A DNA stretch of 62,407 nucleotides, filler included, from Clostridia bacterium (GCA_030637025.1; 7 parts of 5 records of this genome joined end to end with filler, not necessarily neighbours in it), one strand, 5' to 3'. Shown: positions 49,798 to 60,497, counted from the first letter of the whole stretch. Made by a program: numbers and translations. Notes: a model not told the origin generated them from the letters alone.

Positions 49798-50511
49798 TTA
49801 TATTCCTCTCACCCGGCATTCCTTTACATAAGGAACAACCAACCGGTAAATTTCATCCATTTCACTTTTATCGTAAGGTTTTATTTTCATAAAATCCGGG
49901 TCTAATGTATCTTGAGGAACAAAATTTTGCAAAGCATACTTTTTAGCACCTTTTATATACTGGGCAATTTTACATACATCTTCTTTTTTATGTAAAGAAG
50001 GAACTACTGTTGTTCTAAACTCGTAATTAATGTTTGAACTCATAATAATATTTATGCTTTCCTTCACTTTTTCCAGTAAATTTTTACCCTTTACTCCTAT
50101 CGAATTACTATAAGCTTCTTCTTCCAACGGAGCTTTAACATCCATAGCAACAAAATCTACAATTTGCATCTCTATTGTTTTTCTTAAAACACCGGGAAAA
50201 GTGCCGTTAGTATCAAGTTTTATTTTCATTCCTATCTCCCGGATTCTTTTAATAAAATCAATTACATCTTCGTATAAACAGGGTTCACCCCCGGTCAAAC
50301 ATATTCCATCAATCCATCCCTTATGTTTAATTAAATAATTTATAATACGATCGATAGGGATAGTTTTATATTGCTCAGGATTCAAGATTAAACCGGAATT
50401 ATGACAAAAAGGCCCTCTAAAATTACAACAGGGTACATATAAAGTAGAAACTATCATTCCTTCCCAATCAACCAGTGAGGTCTCGATAAAACCTTTTATG
50501 ACTATTTTCAT
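49798..50511 (-). CDS. nrdG: Anaerobic ribonucleotide reductase activase-like radical SAM protein
   Basis: TSLVDW, CNFRxPFCHN, TGGEP, KLDTNG, YEFRTT. Confidence 0.85.
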   Translation of the reverse strand: MKIVIKGFIETSLVDWEGMIVSTLYVPCCNFRGPFCHNSGLILNPEQYKTIPIDRIINYLIKHKGWIDGICLTGGEPCLYEDVIDFIKRIREIGMKIKLDTNGTFPGVLRKTIEMQIVDFVAMDVKAPLEEEAYSNSIGVKGKNLLEKVKESINIIMSSNINYEFRTTVVPSLHKKEDVCKIAQYIKGAKKYALQNFVPQDTLDPDFMKIKPYDKSEMDEIYRLVVPYVKECRVRGI

Positions 50512-50733
50512 TTTGTTACCCTCTTTTTTAACTTAAATATTTCTAATCAAATTCTCTTTCATCGTTTTTTATAATCAGGACACCGTGTTGCATTCGGCCT
50601 CTCAGGCCTGGTACAGGCATTTCCCCAATCGTACCGGCATGAATCACACAAAAACTTTGTTCCACCTAAAAACGATTTTAATTTAAACCATAAGTCATCT
50701 AAAAATTTAAGCATAATAATCTTTTTCTATTTA

Positions 50734-51483
50734 TTATTGATAACGTCGCTCCCCAAAAATTTTACTTCCGACTCTTATCATATTCGCTCCTTCTTCTATT
50801 GCAACACGATAAGAATTGCTCATTCCCATAGAAAGATATTTCATCTGAACATTGCTTAAATTAAGTAAATTAATTTTTTCAAATATTTTTCTTGTTTCTC
50901 TAAAATAAGGACGCAAAAGCTCAGCATTTTCTTCCCATGGACCCATAGTCATAAGGCCCACTATTTTTAAATTACTAAATAAAGAAATTTCTCTAACTAA
51001 ATTTTCGACATTTTCCGGAAACACACCAAATTTATGCTTTTCTCTACCGCTATTTACTTCCAGCAATATCGGCATCACTTTCTTTGTTTTTTCACATTCT
51101 TTATTAACTTCTCCGGCTATTTTTAGAGAATCCACCGTTTCAATCGTATCAAAAAGTTTAACTACTTTTTTCACTTTATTCTTCTGTAAATGTCCAATAA
51201 AATGCCATTTTATTGCATATTCATTTTTATTTACCGGTAAATTATTTTCAACAGCTCTCTGCAATCTTATTTTTTCTATCTGCTCAATTACCCTTTCCGA
51301 CTCCTGAACATAATTTTCTCCGATAATCTTTACACCCGCCTTTACTGCCTCTAAAATTTCCTCCGCGGTTTTTGTTTTTGCCGCACCTACCAGCTCTATA
51401 CCTTCCGGTAATTTATTCAAAATTTTTTCTACATTTTTTCCAATGTTTTCCACAAAAATATCCTTCTTTATTATCATAAACAC
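50734..51483 (-). CDS. yggS: PLP homeostasis protein
   Basis: GENYVQE, WHFIGHLQKNK, GLMTM, LSMGMS. Confidence 0.95.
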   Translation of the reverse strand: MFMIIKKDIFVENIGKNVEKILNKLPEGIELVGAAKTKTAEEILEAVKAGVKIIGENYVQESERVIEQIEKIRLQRAVENNLPVNKNEYAIKWHFIGHLQKNKVKKVVKLFDTIETVDSLKIAGEVNKECEKTKKVMPILLEVNSGREKHKFGVFPENVENLVREISLFSNLKIVGLMTMGPWEENAELLRPYFRETRKIFEKINLLNLSNVQMKYLSMGMSNSYRVAIEEGANMIRVGSKIFGERRYQ

Positions 51484-51494
51484 TTTATTTAAAT

Positions 51495-52004
51495 TTATTT
51501 AAGGTGAACACCTACCGTTTTCTTTATTATCTCTTCCAATTGTTTTTTTAGTGGTTTCAATTTCTTCTTAGAAACCCGGTCAACAATTAAAACACCTTCT
51601 AAGTGATCTATCTCATGCTGTATTACCCGGGAAAGAAGGCCTTTCACCGCTAATTGCACTTGTTTACCGTTTTCATTCATTCCCTCGACTATTATTTCTT
51701 CCGGACGTTTTATTTCCAAATTAATTTTAGGAAGACTTAAACAACCTTCAATCATAATATCTTCTCCAAAAGACTGGAGTATCCTGGGATTAATCAAACA
51801 ATTTATCCCCATACCTATATCCGCAATAATTATTCTTTTTGATACCCCTACCTGCGGTGCCGCCAATCCAACTCCTCCGTATTTATACATCGCCTGCGCC
51901 ATTGCGGCAATAAATATTATCAGTTCTTTATCTATTTTATCTACTTTACTCGCCTGACGAGACAAAACAGCTTCCCCATATAATTTAATCGGCAATATAG
52001 CCAT
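51495..52004 (-). CDS. def: Peptide deformylase
   Basis: GVGLAAPQ, EGCLS, QHEIDHL. Confidence 0.97.
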   Translation of the reverse strand: MAILPIKLYGEAVLSRQASKVDKIDKELIIFIAAMAQAMYKYGGVGLAAPQVGVSKRIIIADIGMGINCLINPRILQSFGEDIMIEGCLSLPKINLEIKRPEEIIVEGMNENGKQVQLAVKGLLSRVIQHEIDHLEGVLIVDRVSKKKLKPLKKQLEEIIKKTVGVHLK

Positions 52005-52028
52005 TCTTATTCCTTTGATTTTTTTAAG

Positions 52029-52799
52029 TTATAACTTTTTTAAAATTATTTTAGCTACTTTTTCTCCGGACAACAACATCCCTCCAAAAATCGGACCCAT
52101 TCTCGGCCCTCCAAAAACCGCATTAGCCGCCATTCCTGCAACATAAAGATTAGGATAAATTTCCTTAGTATTTTGCAAAATCATCTTCTCTCCTACCTCA
52201 GCCCACATTGGTTTTTCTCCTATAACTGCTCCGGTTGAGGTATCTAATTTAGACCCGCTTTTTCTCTCCACAACTCTGGCAACTTCACAGCTATGTCCGG
52301 TAGCATCTATTGCTATTTTACAATTCATACTTAAAGGGTCTATATGTAATTTAGCTATATTTACCGCCGACCAATTTAAAACAAAACCGCTTAATTTATC
52401 TTCCCTAATTATAACATCTTCCACATCCATCAAATTAAATATTTTTGCTCCTGCCTGAAGAGCACGAAAAGCTAATCCGGTAACTGCTTCCAGTGAATCA
52501 GCTACATAATAACCTTCCTGATATTTTTCTGTTTTAATTTCTGCTTCATCTAATAATCTTTTTCCTTCTTCCTGGATAACAATCTTATTAAACATCATTC
52601 CTCCACCCCACATTCCACCGCCAATCGATAATTTCCTCTCAAATACAGCAACCTTTACTTTTTCTTTAGCCAGAAAATACGCTGCTTCCAATCCTGCCGG
52701 CCCTGCCCCGGCAATAGCCACATCAACTTCTACAAATTCCAACAATTCGTCCATGAATTTCTTTATAATCGCCCGTGAAATAACTACTTCATTCAACAT
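52029..52799 (-). CDS. thi4: Sulfide-dependent thiazole synthase
   Basis: [28 protein letters not shown]. Confidence 0.93.
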   Translation of the reverse strand: MLNEVVISRAIIKKFMDELLEFVEVDVAIAGAGPAGLEAAYFLAKEKVKVAVFERKLSIGGGMWGGGMMFNKIVIQEEGKRLLDEAEIKTEKYQEGYYVADSLEAVTGLAFRALQAGAKIFNLMDVEDVIIREDKLSGFVLNWSAVNIAKLHIDPLSMNCKIAIDATGHSCEVARVVERKSGSKLDTSTGAVIGEKPMWAEVGEKMILQNTKEIYPNLYVAGMAANAVFGGPRMGPIFGGMLLSGEKVAKIILKKL

Positions 52800-53167
52800 A
52801 ACAAACCCCTTTTCTCAATAAAATAACAATTTTCCACTAAAACAAAAACCATTATTAATTTAGATAATTTTATTATGGAATTTCTTCCTAAAGGAGATTA
52901 TAACAAATAGGAGAATAGGAGTCAAGAGTGGCGGACTATATATTTTTTTCAACTTCGCAAAGAAAGAAACTTTTTAATTTTATCCTGCCTAAATTCTTAA
53001 ATTTATTTATAATTGTTTCTTTTATTTTTTTCATTATTTTTTATCCTCTTTTAGTTTACCTGGATTCATTTATTATTTTTCTCTTCTTTTTAAAAAGCGC
53101 ATTGCAATAACCCGGTAAACTAAAATTCAGGTAAGGTATTTTCTCTTTCTTCTTAATATATTCTTAT

Positions 53168-53969
53168 CTATTCTCTTTTGATACCTAATACTTCTACGCA
53201 GTTATTTCCTGTTTGCCAAATACTAATTTTCATACCCCTTCCTTGTGGACTGGTAGTAGAGGTATGTAAGCTTAATTCTACAGTTCCATTAACAGGAACA
53301 ACAAACTCAGCAGTTGTCGTTGTAAAATCAACTATTCCATTAGTATAAGAACCCTGAATATTTGCATGCCACCATATCCAATGTCCTGAACCCGGATATC
53401 TAAGTCTTACGCGATTTATTGTTTCAAAAGTTTCCAATACTGTAGTAAAAAAAGTTACCATTGTGGTTGTAGTTGTAGAATTAGCACCCCCTCCTACTAT
53501 CATACCATCTCCCCCGCTGGCAGCAATAGTAATGGTATTTGCAACATCATCGGGGGTGATAGTAATATTCGTCCCGGCTACCAGATCAACATTCCCTCCG
53601 TCATTAGTTACCCCATCTATACTGGATACGATATTAGTCGTAATCTCCCCAGCATCAATATTGGAACCTAATTTAGTTACATTAGCGGAAAGACGAGCAT
53701 CACTTAAAATCCCACTATTAATATTTCCCGCATCAAGATAATAACCGGCACTCTGGCTGTTTAATCTATCGGAATCATTAGCATCTTCCGCACGAAAACT
53801 ATAGGGCACACTCACCAATCTATGCCTCGGACTCATTTCCCCGTCACCGGCCACTTCTACCCCTAACCAGTAATCCTGGTCAAAACTTAAATTAATAGAA
53901 CTTAGCGAGCCTAAAATAACATTGAATAATCCATCCTGTGTACTCGCTGTCTGGTTTTCATTCCACAAA
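53168..53969 (-). CDS. Fibre/adhesin-like protein (5' truncated)
   Basis: GLFNVILG..WLGVEV..EMSPR..SVPYSF module, LVAGTNITIT low-complexity stalk. Confidence 0.6.
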
Positions 53970-54069
53970 NNNNNNNNNNNNNNNNNNNNNNNNNNNNNNN
54001 NNNNNNNNNNNNNTTAATTAATTAANNNNNNNNNNNNNNNNNNNNNNNNNNNNNNNNNNNNNNNNNNNN
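53970..54069. other. Artificial contig spacer
   Basis: N44-TTAATTAATTAA-N44. Confidence 0.98.
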
Positions 54070-54812
54070 CATAACATCAGGATGTTTTGTCCCAAAAACT
54101 TTTTCCCTTATTTTTAATGCACGTTTGCAAAGTTCTTCAGCCTCATCATATTTCCCTTGAAGAAAACATAAATATCCCAAATCATTTAAAGATTCTGCAA
54201 CTTTATAATGGTCTGGTCTAAACGCTTTTTCCCTTATTTTTAATGCACGTTTGTAAAGTTCTTCAGCCTCATCATATTTCCCTTGAAGGGAATATAAAGT
54301 TCCCAGATTATTCAAAGATTCTGCAACTTTGTAATGGTCTGATCTAAACCAAATTTCTTTTCTCTTATTTTTAACGCTTGATTGTAAAGTGGTGCTGCTT
54401 CAGCATACTTAGCCTGAACATTATATACTACTGCCAAATTGTCCAAAGATTCTGCAACCTTAAAATGGTTTAAACCAAACGCTTTTTTCCTTATTTTTAA
54501 TGCACGTTTGCAAAGTTCTTCAGCCTCAACAAGTTTTCCTTGCATATTATATATTCCCGCTATATTAGTTAATGATTTTGCAACTTTAGGATGGTCAGAA
54601 CCAAATATCTCTTTTGTTTCAGCTAATGCTTCTTTAGCTATTTTAGCTGCTTTTGAATATTGTCTTTGTTGATAAAAAATGCCGATCTTTCTATCCATTT
54701 CGTCCAACGACTTCTTCTGAGCACAAGCAAATGCCCCAAATAATAGCAACAGCAACATTATCAAAACAGCTTTTACCCGTGTCTTCATTAATACCATTTT
54801 CTCTTTTTTCAT
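54070..54812 (-). pseudogene. Exported TPR protein (42-aa kinesin-light-chain type repeats), frameshifted near 54335-54353 and cut by the contig edge
   Basis: Repeats 'HxKVAESLxxL..Y..QGKY.EAE.L.KRALKIREK' continue across the two ORFs. Confidence 0.75.
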
Positions 54813-54931
54813 CCCTTCTTTATTGACAATATCTTAACATCTTAACAACGGTTATATAATAAAAAAATGACTATTATTTTTTTGATATAAAATAAATTTT
54901 TTTGACGGAAATTATCAATGGTTTTATTTTT

Positions 54932-55375
54932 TTACTCTTGTTTAGGTTTTTTAAAACCTCTAATCAATAATTGCAGAAAACCAACTTTTTCTTTATTAGC
55001 CCTTTCCACACGATCAATTTCTGTAGAATCCAACCACACCCCACCACATTCTTCACAAACATCCAGTGTTATGCTTGGTTCTTTTTTATAGGGACCTTTT
55101 TTAAGCATAATTTTACATCGCGGACATTTCCCTTCTTTCTCATCCAATTTTCGATCCATCTCCTTCCCTAATGTCGCAGAATCGATAATCGTTAACTTTT
55201 CGGTAGTATATTTATCAAGCTCTCCCTTATCAAACCAAACCCCTCCACAAACAAAACATTGATCAACTTCCATAATATAAGAAATTCCTGCCCCTTTCAA
55301 TTCTTTAAACTCATGAACTTCCTTAACATTTATTTCCTTTTTCTGCAATTTTCCAATACATTTAGGACAATCCAT
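54932..55375 (-). CDS. Double zf-TFIIB-like zinc-ribbon protein
   Basis: Two units of CPxC..CxxCGGVW(F/L)D. Confidence 0.85.
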   Translation of the reverse strand: MDCPKCIGKLQKKEINVKEVHEFKELKGAGISYIMEVDQCFVCGGVWFDKGELDKYTTEKLTIIDSATLGKEMDRKLDEKEGKCPRCKIMLKKGPYKKEPSITLDVCEECGGVWLDSTEIDRVERANKEKVGFLQLLIRGFKKPKQE

Positions 55376-55387
55376 AACTACCCCCTC

Positions 55388-55843
55388 CTAATTTTTAGAA
55401 GAAAAAAAGTTTTTAAATATTTCTCTAAGATAACGAGAAACAAGAGCATGTCTTTCCCCAAAAGAAAAATTCTTGTTTTCAAGTTTATCCAGTTCTGAAC
55501 TATCAAGCCATATTCCCCGGCATTTTTCACACACATCTATCAAAAATCCTGCTCGCTTCGTGGCTGGTTTCTTAATCATAATTTGGTTACATTTTGGACA
55601 TCTACCTTCTTTTTTATTCAGTTCTTTATACTCTCCTACTTTGGGAGAATTCAGAATTAACAATTTTTCAGCTAAATACTGCTCTAATTCATTTGCATCA
55701 AACCAAATCCCATTACAACTTAAACATTGATCCAGTTCAATTTCACCTACTTGTTCTGCATCATTTAAAATATCGGACCCATATTCAGGGCGTGTCGTCA
55801 CTGTAACCTTATTCAGAACTCCTCCGCATTTCGGACATTTCAT
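55388..55843 (-). CDS. Double zf-TFIIB-like zinc-ribbon protein (paralog)
   Basis: Two units of CPKC..CxxCxGIW(F/L)D. Confidence 0.85.
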   Translation of the reverse strand: MKCPKCGGVLNKVTVTTRPEYGSDILNDAEQVGEIELDQCLSCNGIWFDANELEQYLAEKLLILNSPKVGEYKELNKKEGRCPKCNQIMIKKPATKRAGFLIDVCEKCRGIWLDSSELDKLENKNFSFGERHALVSRYLREIFKNFFSSKN

Positions 55844-56188
55844 TTTACTGTACCCTCCTTTATCGTTTTAATAAAAACATCTCCACCTGCTTTTACTTCT
55901 TTGAAATATGTCCCCTGTTTTCTTTTGTTGACGTCTTCTTTCTCAACGTCATATTATCATACATAGATCCATATTTATTCTACTATTAATTATGATTCTT
56001 ATCCAGTACTTTTTCTAATTTTAGATAAAAAAAGAGGAAACAGAAATCCGGGTATTTCAGAAGGAAAAGAGGCGCCCTGTCTATTTAAAATAAAAGTTCA
56101 CTCCAATAGGTTTACCGATTTTCAGATAAATTATGTTTTTGAGTGAAACGAAAAATCATTTGAGAGTACAAGTATATAGGTGCGGAGT

Positions 56189-57235
56189 TTATTTGGTAGA
56201 CAAAATATGTAGAATATCCCCGTCTTTGACCGGATATTCTTTCTTTTCGGCGCGCAGCAATCCCCGGCGGGAGGCTTCTTGTTCAGAGCCACATTCCAGT
56301 AAGCGGTCAAAAGATATTACCTCCGCCCGGACAAAATAATTCATTAAATCTTTGTGAATAACCCCTGCCGCCTCTTTCGCCGGACAACCCCGGCTTATGG
56401 TCCAGGCACGAACCTCGTCAGAACCCACCGTAAAATAACTAATAAGATTGACCGTACTATAGGCTTGTTGAATAAAAACGGCTTTACCATTCAAGGGGAG
56501 ACAGTATTCTTCCCTGAAAGATTCCCGGTCTTCCGGAGGAAGTTCCTGCAAATCTTTTTCCAGCTTAACATATATTTTCACCAGAGACATTCCCCGGGAA
56601 GTAACTACCTTTTCAAATTCCTTTATTTCTTCCAAACGACTATGTTCTTCCGAGAGATTGACTACCACAAACACAGGTTTAAAAGTTAAGAAACTATAGG
56701 AAAGTAATTCTTTGTAAACACCGGGAGGCAGTTCCAAAGCAGAAAGCATAGTATTGGATTCCAGAGTAGCCGCGAGTTTTTTGAATATTTCTTCTTCCGG
56801 TACCCCGGCTAAATTAGAAGTTTTATTCTGCTTTTTTATGCGTTCAAGTTTCCTCTCTACCTGTTCCAGATCGGAAAAAATCATTTCTGAAAGACAGATA
56901 TCCAAATCCGAGAGTATATTTCGGCTGACACATCCGGGAGCAAATCCATTTAAAATAACGGCTAAGGCATCCATAAGTTTTAAATGATTTAAAGCTTTAT
57001 TATTATTTGCACTGTCACCCGGAGAAAGCCGGCAGGTATCAGTAAAGGAAATCTGAGCATAAATAGTTTTTTTGGGTTTATACAGCGCACTGAGTTTATC
57101 CACCCGTTCGTCGGGTACATCTACCGTAGCCGTATTGGCTTTATCAGGAGAAAGAAATGCTCCTTTGGTATTGCTAAGAAGTTCAAAAAGCGTGGTTTTA
57201 CCACTGGCTGCCAGGCCTACCAAACCTACCTGCAT
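56189..57235 (-). CDS. YchF/Obg-family ATPase, divergent
   Basis: GLAASGKTT, VPDERV, YFTVGSDEVRAWTI, AAGVIH, VKDGD. Confidence 0.85.
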   Translation of the reverse strand: MQVGLVGLAASGKTTLFELLSNTKGAFLSPDKANTATVDVPDERVDKLSALYKPKKTIYAQISFTDTCRLSPGDSANNNKALNHLKLMDALAVILNGFAPGCVSRNILSDLDICLSEMIFSDLEQVERKLERIKKQNKTSNLAGVPEEEIFKKLAATLESNTMLSALELPPGVYKELLSYSFLTFKPVFVVVNLSEEHSRLEEIKEFEKVVTSRGMSLVKIYVKLEKDLQELPPEDRESFREEYCLPLNGKAVFIQQAYSTVNLISYFTVGSDEVRAWTISRGCPAKEAAGVIHKDLMNYFVRAEVISFDRLLECGSEQEASRRGLLRAEKKEYPVKDGDILHILSTK

Positions 57236-57656
57236 AATTTATCTCCTTGTTATTTAAAAAGTAATGCCAAAAATATCTGACATTTAGTTTATAATTTGTA
57301 TAATTTAGTAATGAGAATATTTATTTAGTTTTGTATTCTCGTCGTCCTCCCCCTTTTTCAAAGGGGGAAATCTCTTTTCATATTCTTTCATCTAATTTTT
57401 GACACTACCATTTAAAAAATAAAATTTACTTATCTTTACAATGCCATTGAAAAACTATTTGTTTAACTAAATCCACAAATTATTCTTCCAACCAATTTTT
57501 AATAACTTATGCAATTTGCGGTAGCCAATTAAAAAGGTAAATTTTTTTTTAATTGTGTAGTATGTTTTTTCCTTTGTCTATTAAAATATCATTTTTTTCC
57601 TGACTATGCAAGCATAAAGTTAACAGGAGGGAACAGTTTTTATAAAAATTACTTGC

Positions 57657-57686
57657 TTGACAAGTTTTCCAAATATGTGTTACGAT
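57657..57686 (+). promoter_or_regulatory. Putative sigma70 promoter of the TetR operon
   Basis: TTGACA-18 nt-TACGAT with extended TG. Confidence 0.5.
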
Positions 57687-57742
57687 ATTTACGGAAGTTG
57701 TCTAATATTGCTAAATTCGTAAACACGGGGGTAATTGTAATT

Positions 57743-58339
57743 ATGGAGAAAGAATTAAACCCAAAATCAAAAAAATTAATCCAAACCGCCTGCGATTTAT
57801 TTTTCCGCTATGGTATTAAAAGGGTGAGTATTAAAGAAATCTGCCAGGAGGCCGGGGTCAGCAAAATGACCTTTTATAGACATTTCCGCAATAAAGATGC
57901 TTTAGCTATACACATATTAAACGAACTCTCCAACGCTACCAAACATAAATTTGAGCAAATCATAGCCCAGAAAATACCCTTTGATCAAAAAATCAGACAG
58001 CTTGCTACCAGAAAAATGGAATTGACTAATGCCTGCAACCGGGAATTTATTGATGAATTACTATCTGACGAAGATTCTGAATGTGGAAAATTATTACTCA
58101 AAAAACGTAAGGAATCCTATAAATTAATCAAAAAACTTTATACCGGTGCCCAAAAAAAGGGGGAGATTCGCTCTGATATTAAGATTGAATTTATCCTGTT
58201 TATGGTTGAACATTTTAGACAAATTATGCTCAATGAAACCATTAAAAAAGTCTATCCTGATACAGAAGAGTTAACCAATAAACTGTTTAATTTTCTTCTT
58301 TACGGTATCATCAACAAAGACCACAAAACTGTACAATGA
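57743..58339 (+). CDS. TetR/AcrR family regulator
   Basis: LFFRYGIKRVSIKEICQEAGVSKMTFYRHF HTH; ATG 57743 preferred. Confidence 0.93.
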   Translation: MEKELNPKSKKLIQTACDLFFRYGIKRVSIKEICQEAGVSKMTFYRHFRNKDALAIHILNELSNATKHKFEQIIAQKIPFDQKIRQLATRKMELTNACNREFIDELLSDEDSECGKLLLKKRKESYKLIKKLYTGAQKKGEIRSDIKIEFILFMVEHFRQIMLNETIKKVYPDTEELTNKLFNFLLYGIINKDHKTVQ

Positions 58340-59436
58340 AAAATTTTATAAAAATTAATCTTTTTGTTTTCCTTTTATTTATTCCCGGCTATCTAGGAGC
58401 ACAATCTGTTTCTTTACAGGGAACATTGTCCGGATGGTTAACTGCTACCCAGGAACCCAACTTAGGTTTTCGTTACTTACCCGAGATGAGAGTATCCCAA
58501 TCAATTGCCCGGGAAAAAACAATCGATGCAGAAATTGCAATAAATTCTTATGCTTTATTTCCCTTACAATCTCCCCGGGAAGTTGAAAATAATTCTGATT
58601 TAAAATTGTATCGGTGGTGGATGCGTTATTCTGCGGCGGGCTTAGAAACACGTATTGGTTTACAAAAAATAAATTTCGGCCCGGCAAAGATTATGCGTAC
58701 TTTAATGTGGTTTGACCGGATTGATATTCGTGACCCGTTAAAATTAACCGACGGAGTTTATGCTATACTGGGACGCTATTATTTTTTAAATAATGCTAAT
58801 ATCTGGATCTGGGGATTATACGGAAATGATTCCCTCAAAGGATTAGAGTTTGTAGAAACAGACGATACTCATCCGGAGGTAGGAGGACGATATCAATTTC
58901 CTGTCCCCAGGGGAGAATTTTCCTTTACTTATCACCGTAGGCAAATTGACCATGCAGACTGGAACAAAGAAATGACCAGCACAATGACCGATGGCTTAGA
59001 AAACCGTTATGCGCTTGATGGCAATTGGGATATAGGAATAGGTTTGTGGTTTGAAGCCTCCGTAGGAGAAATAAAAATAAATAATACTACTCAAATGAGA
59101 CAAGATAATCTGACTATAGGGAGTGATTATACTTTTCACCCCGGAATACATCTCTTATATGAACACTTCCTTCAGTCAACGGATTTAAAAGAAGAAGATA
59201 TAGATGAAACAAATAATTTTTCTGCTTTATCAATCGATTATAATTTTGGTATTATTGATACTATAACCATTATTGCTTATTACGATTGGAACAGTGAAAA
59301 AAATTATTCTTATTTAAACTGGCAGCGCACTTACGACAATTGGAAAATAAACCTGCTTGGTTTTTCTAACAGCAAAGACAGTGCTAATACTTTCAGTGGA
59401 GAAGGATTGCAATGTATGGTCACTTATAATTATTGA
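58336..59436 (+). CDS. Putative outer-membrane beta-barrel protein
   Basis: Signal peptide, RIGLQKINFG, aromatic C-terminus; overlaps the TetR stop. Confidence 0.65.
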   Translation: MKNFIKINLFVFLLFIPGYLGAQSVSLQGTLSGWLTATQEPNLGFRYLPEMRVSQSIAREKTIDAEIAINSYALFPLQSPREVENNSDLKLYRWWMRYSAAGLETRIGLQKINFGPAKIMRTLMWFDRIDIRDPLKLTDGVYAILGRYYFLNNANIWIWGLYGNDSLKGLEFVETDDTHPEVGGRYQFPVPRGEFSFTYHRRQIDHADWNKEMTSTMTDGLENRYALDGNWDIGIGLWFEASVGEIKINNTTQMRQDNLTIGSDYTFHPGIHLLYEHFLQSTDLKEEDIDETNNFSALSIDYNFGIIDTITIIAYYDWNSEKNYSYLNWQRTYDNWKINLLGFSNSKDSANTFSGEGLQCMVTYNY

Positions 59437-59556
59437 TGTCCTGTTCTGTCAAAATTATTATGTTAATTTCTCCCCCCTTTGGAAATAGGGACAAAAAGTG
59501 TAAACGATGTCCCCTGTTTAAAACGTAAACCATGTTTGTGTTGCACAGGATTTATA

Positions 59557-59748
59557 AGAGTTCTGCAAAATACAATATTCTGTCATTCCGCCAGTCCTTA
59601 AGGCGAGTCATTCCGCTCCGCCTGAGGCGGACGATGCGGAATCTATAATGTTTTTAAATATCAACAGATTCCTGCTTTCGCAGGAATGACCCTCCTTAAG
59701 GACTGGCGGGCAGGCAATAAAGATAAAAAGCCATTTTGCAGAAGTCTA
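59557..59748. mobile_element. MITE family A, copy 3 (with nested micro-repeats)
   Basis: AGAGTTCTGCAAAA ... TTTTGCAGAAGTCT TIRs. Confidence 0.82.
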
Positions 59749-59780
59749 AGGGGAATTTATAATATAAGGAGGATTCATAT

Positions 59781-60497
59781 ATGCCTTTAGTAAATATAGA
59801 AAATTTAGTGAAACATTATCCCATGGGAAAAACAAAATTCACTGCCTTAAAAGGGATTGATTTATCCTTTGAAAAAGGTGAATTTTCCGGACTCATCGGG
59901 CCCAGCGGTTCGGGAAAAACAACGCTCTTAAATATTATCGGCGCACTTGATAACCCCTCTGAAGGGAGTGTTACCGTACTGGATAAAAAAATTGAAAAAT
60001 TATCCCATCTGGAAGCTGCACACCTGCGATGTACTCATATGGGTTTTATTTTTCAGACCTACAATTTACTCCCCGTATATACGGTTTTTGAAAATGTTGA
60101 GTTTCCCCTGCTGATTATGAAAATGCCGGAAGAACAAAGAAAGAAAATGGTTTTAGCTGCCTTAGAATGGGTGGGATTAATGGATAAGATTAATTCCCGT
60201 CCCGGACAGCTTTCCGGCGGAGAATCACAGCGGGTAGCCGTAGCCCGGGCAATTGTAAAACAACCGGACCTGGTACTGGCGGATGAACCAACGGCAAATT
60301 TAGATGCTGCTAATTCCTACAACATATTAGAAATGATGGTCAAATTAAACCGGAATTTAAAAACCACCTTCATTTTTGCCACCCATGATGAAAAAGTAAT
60401 CGGTTTTTTAAGGAGAAAAATTCACTTGATTGACGGACGGGTAGCCAAAGATGAACTGGTAAGTGCAGGAGGAAAACAAAATAATGTTAACCTTTAA
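59781..60497 (+). CDS. ABC ATP-binding protein, LolD/MacB type
   Basis: GPSGSGKTT, LSGGESQRVA, ADEPTANLD. Confidence 0.95.
   Translation: MPLVNIENLVKHYPMGKTKFTALKGIDLSFEKGEFSGLIGPSGSGKTTLLNIIGALDNPSEGSVTVLDKKIEKLSHLEAAHLRCTHMGFIFQTYNLLPVYTVFENVEFPLLIMKMPEEQRKKMVLAALEWVGLMDKINSRPGQLSGGESQRVAVARAIVKQPDLVLADEPTANLDAANSYNILEMMVKLNRNLKTTFIFATHDEKVIGFLRRKIHLIDGRVAKDELVSAGGKQNNVNL

Noticed and set aside
52800-53167. TPP riboswitch before thi4, and ORF 52928-53110
   Set aside because: No CTGAGA/ACCTGAT core; the ORF is low-complexity and AT-rich with no support.
53168-53969. Prophage tail fibre
   Set aside because: No other phage genes on the contig; such modules also occur in chromosomal surface proteins, and the gene is truncated.
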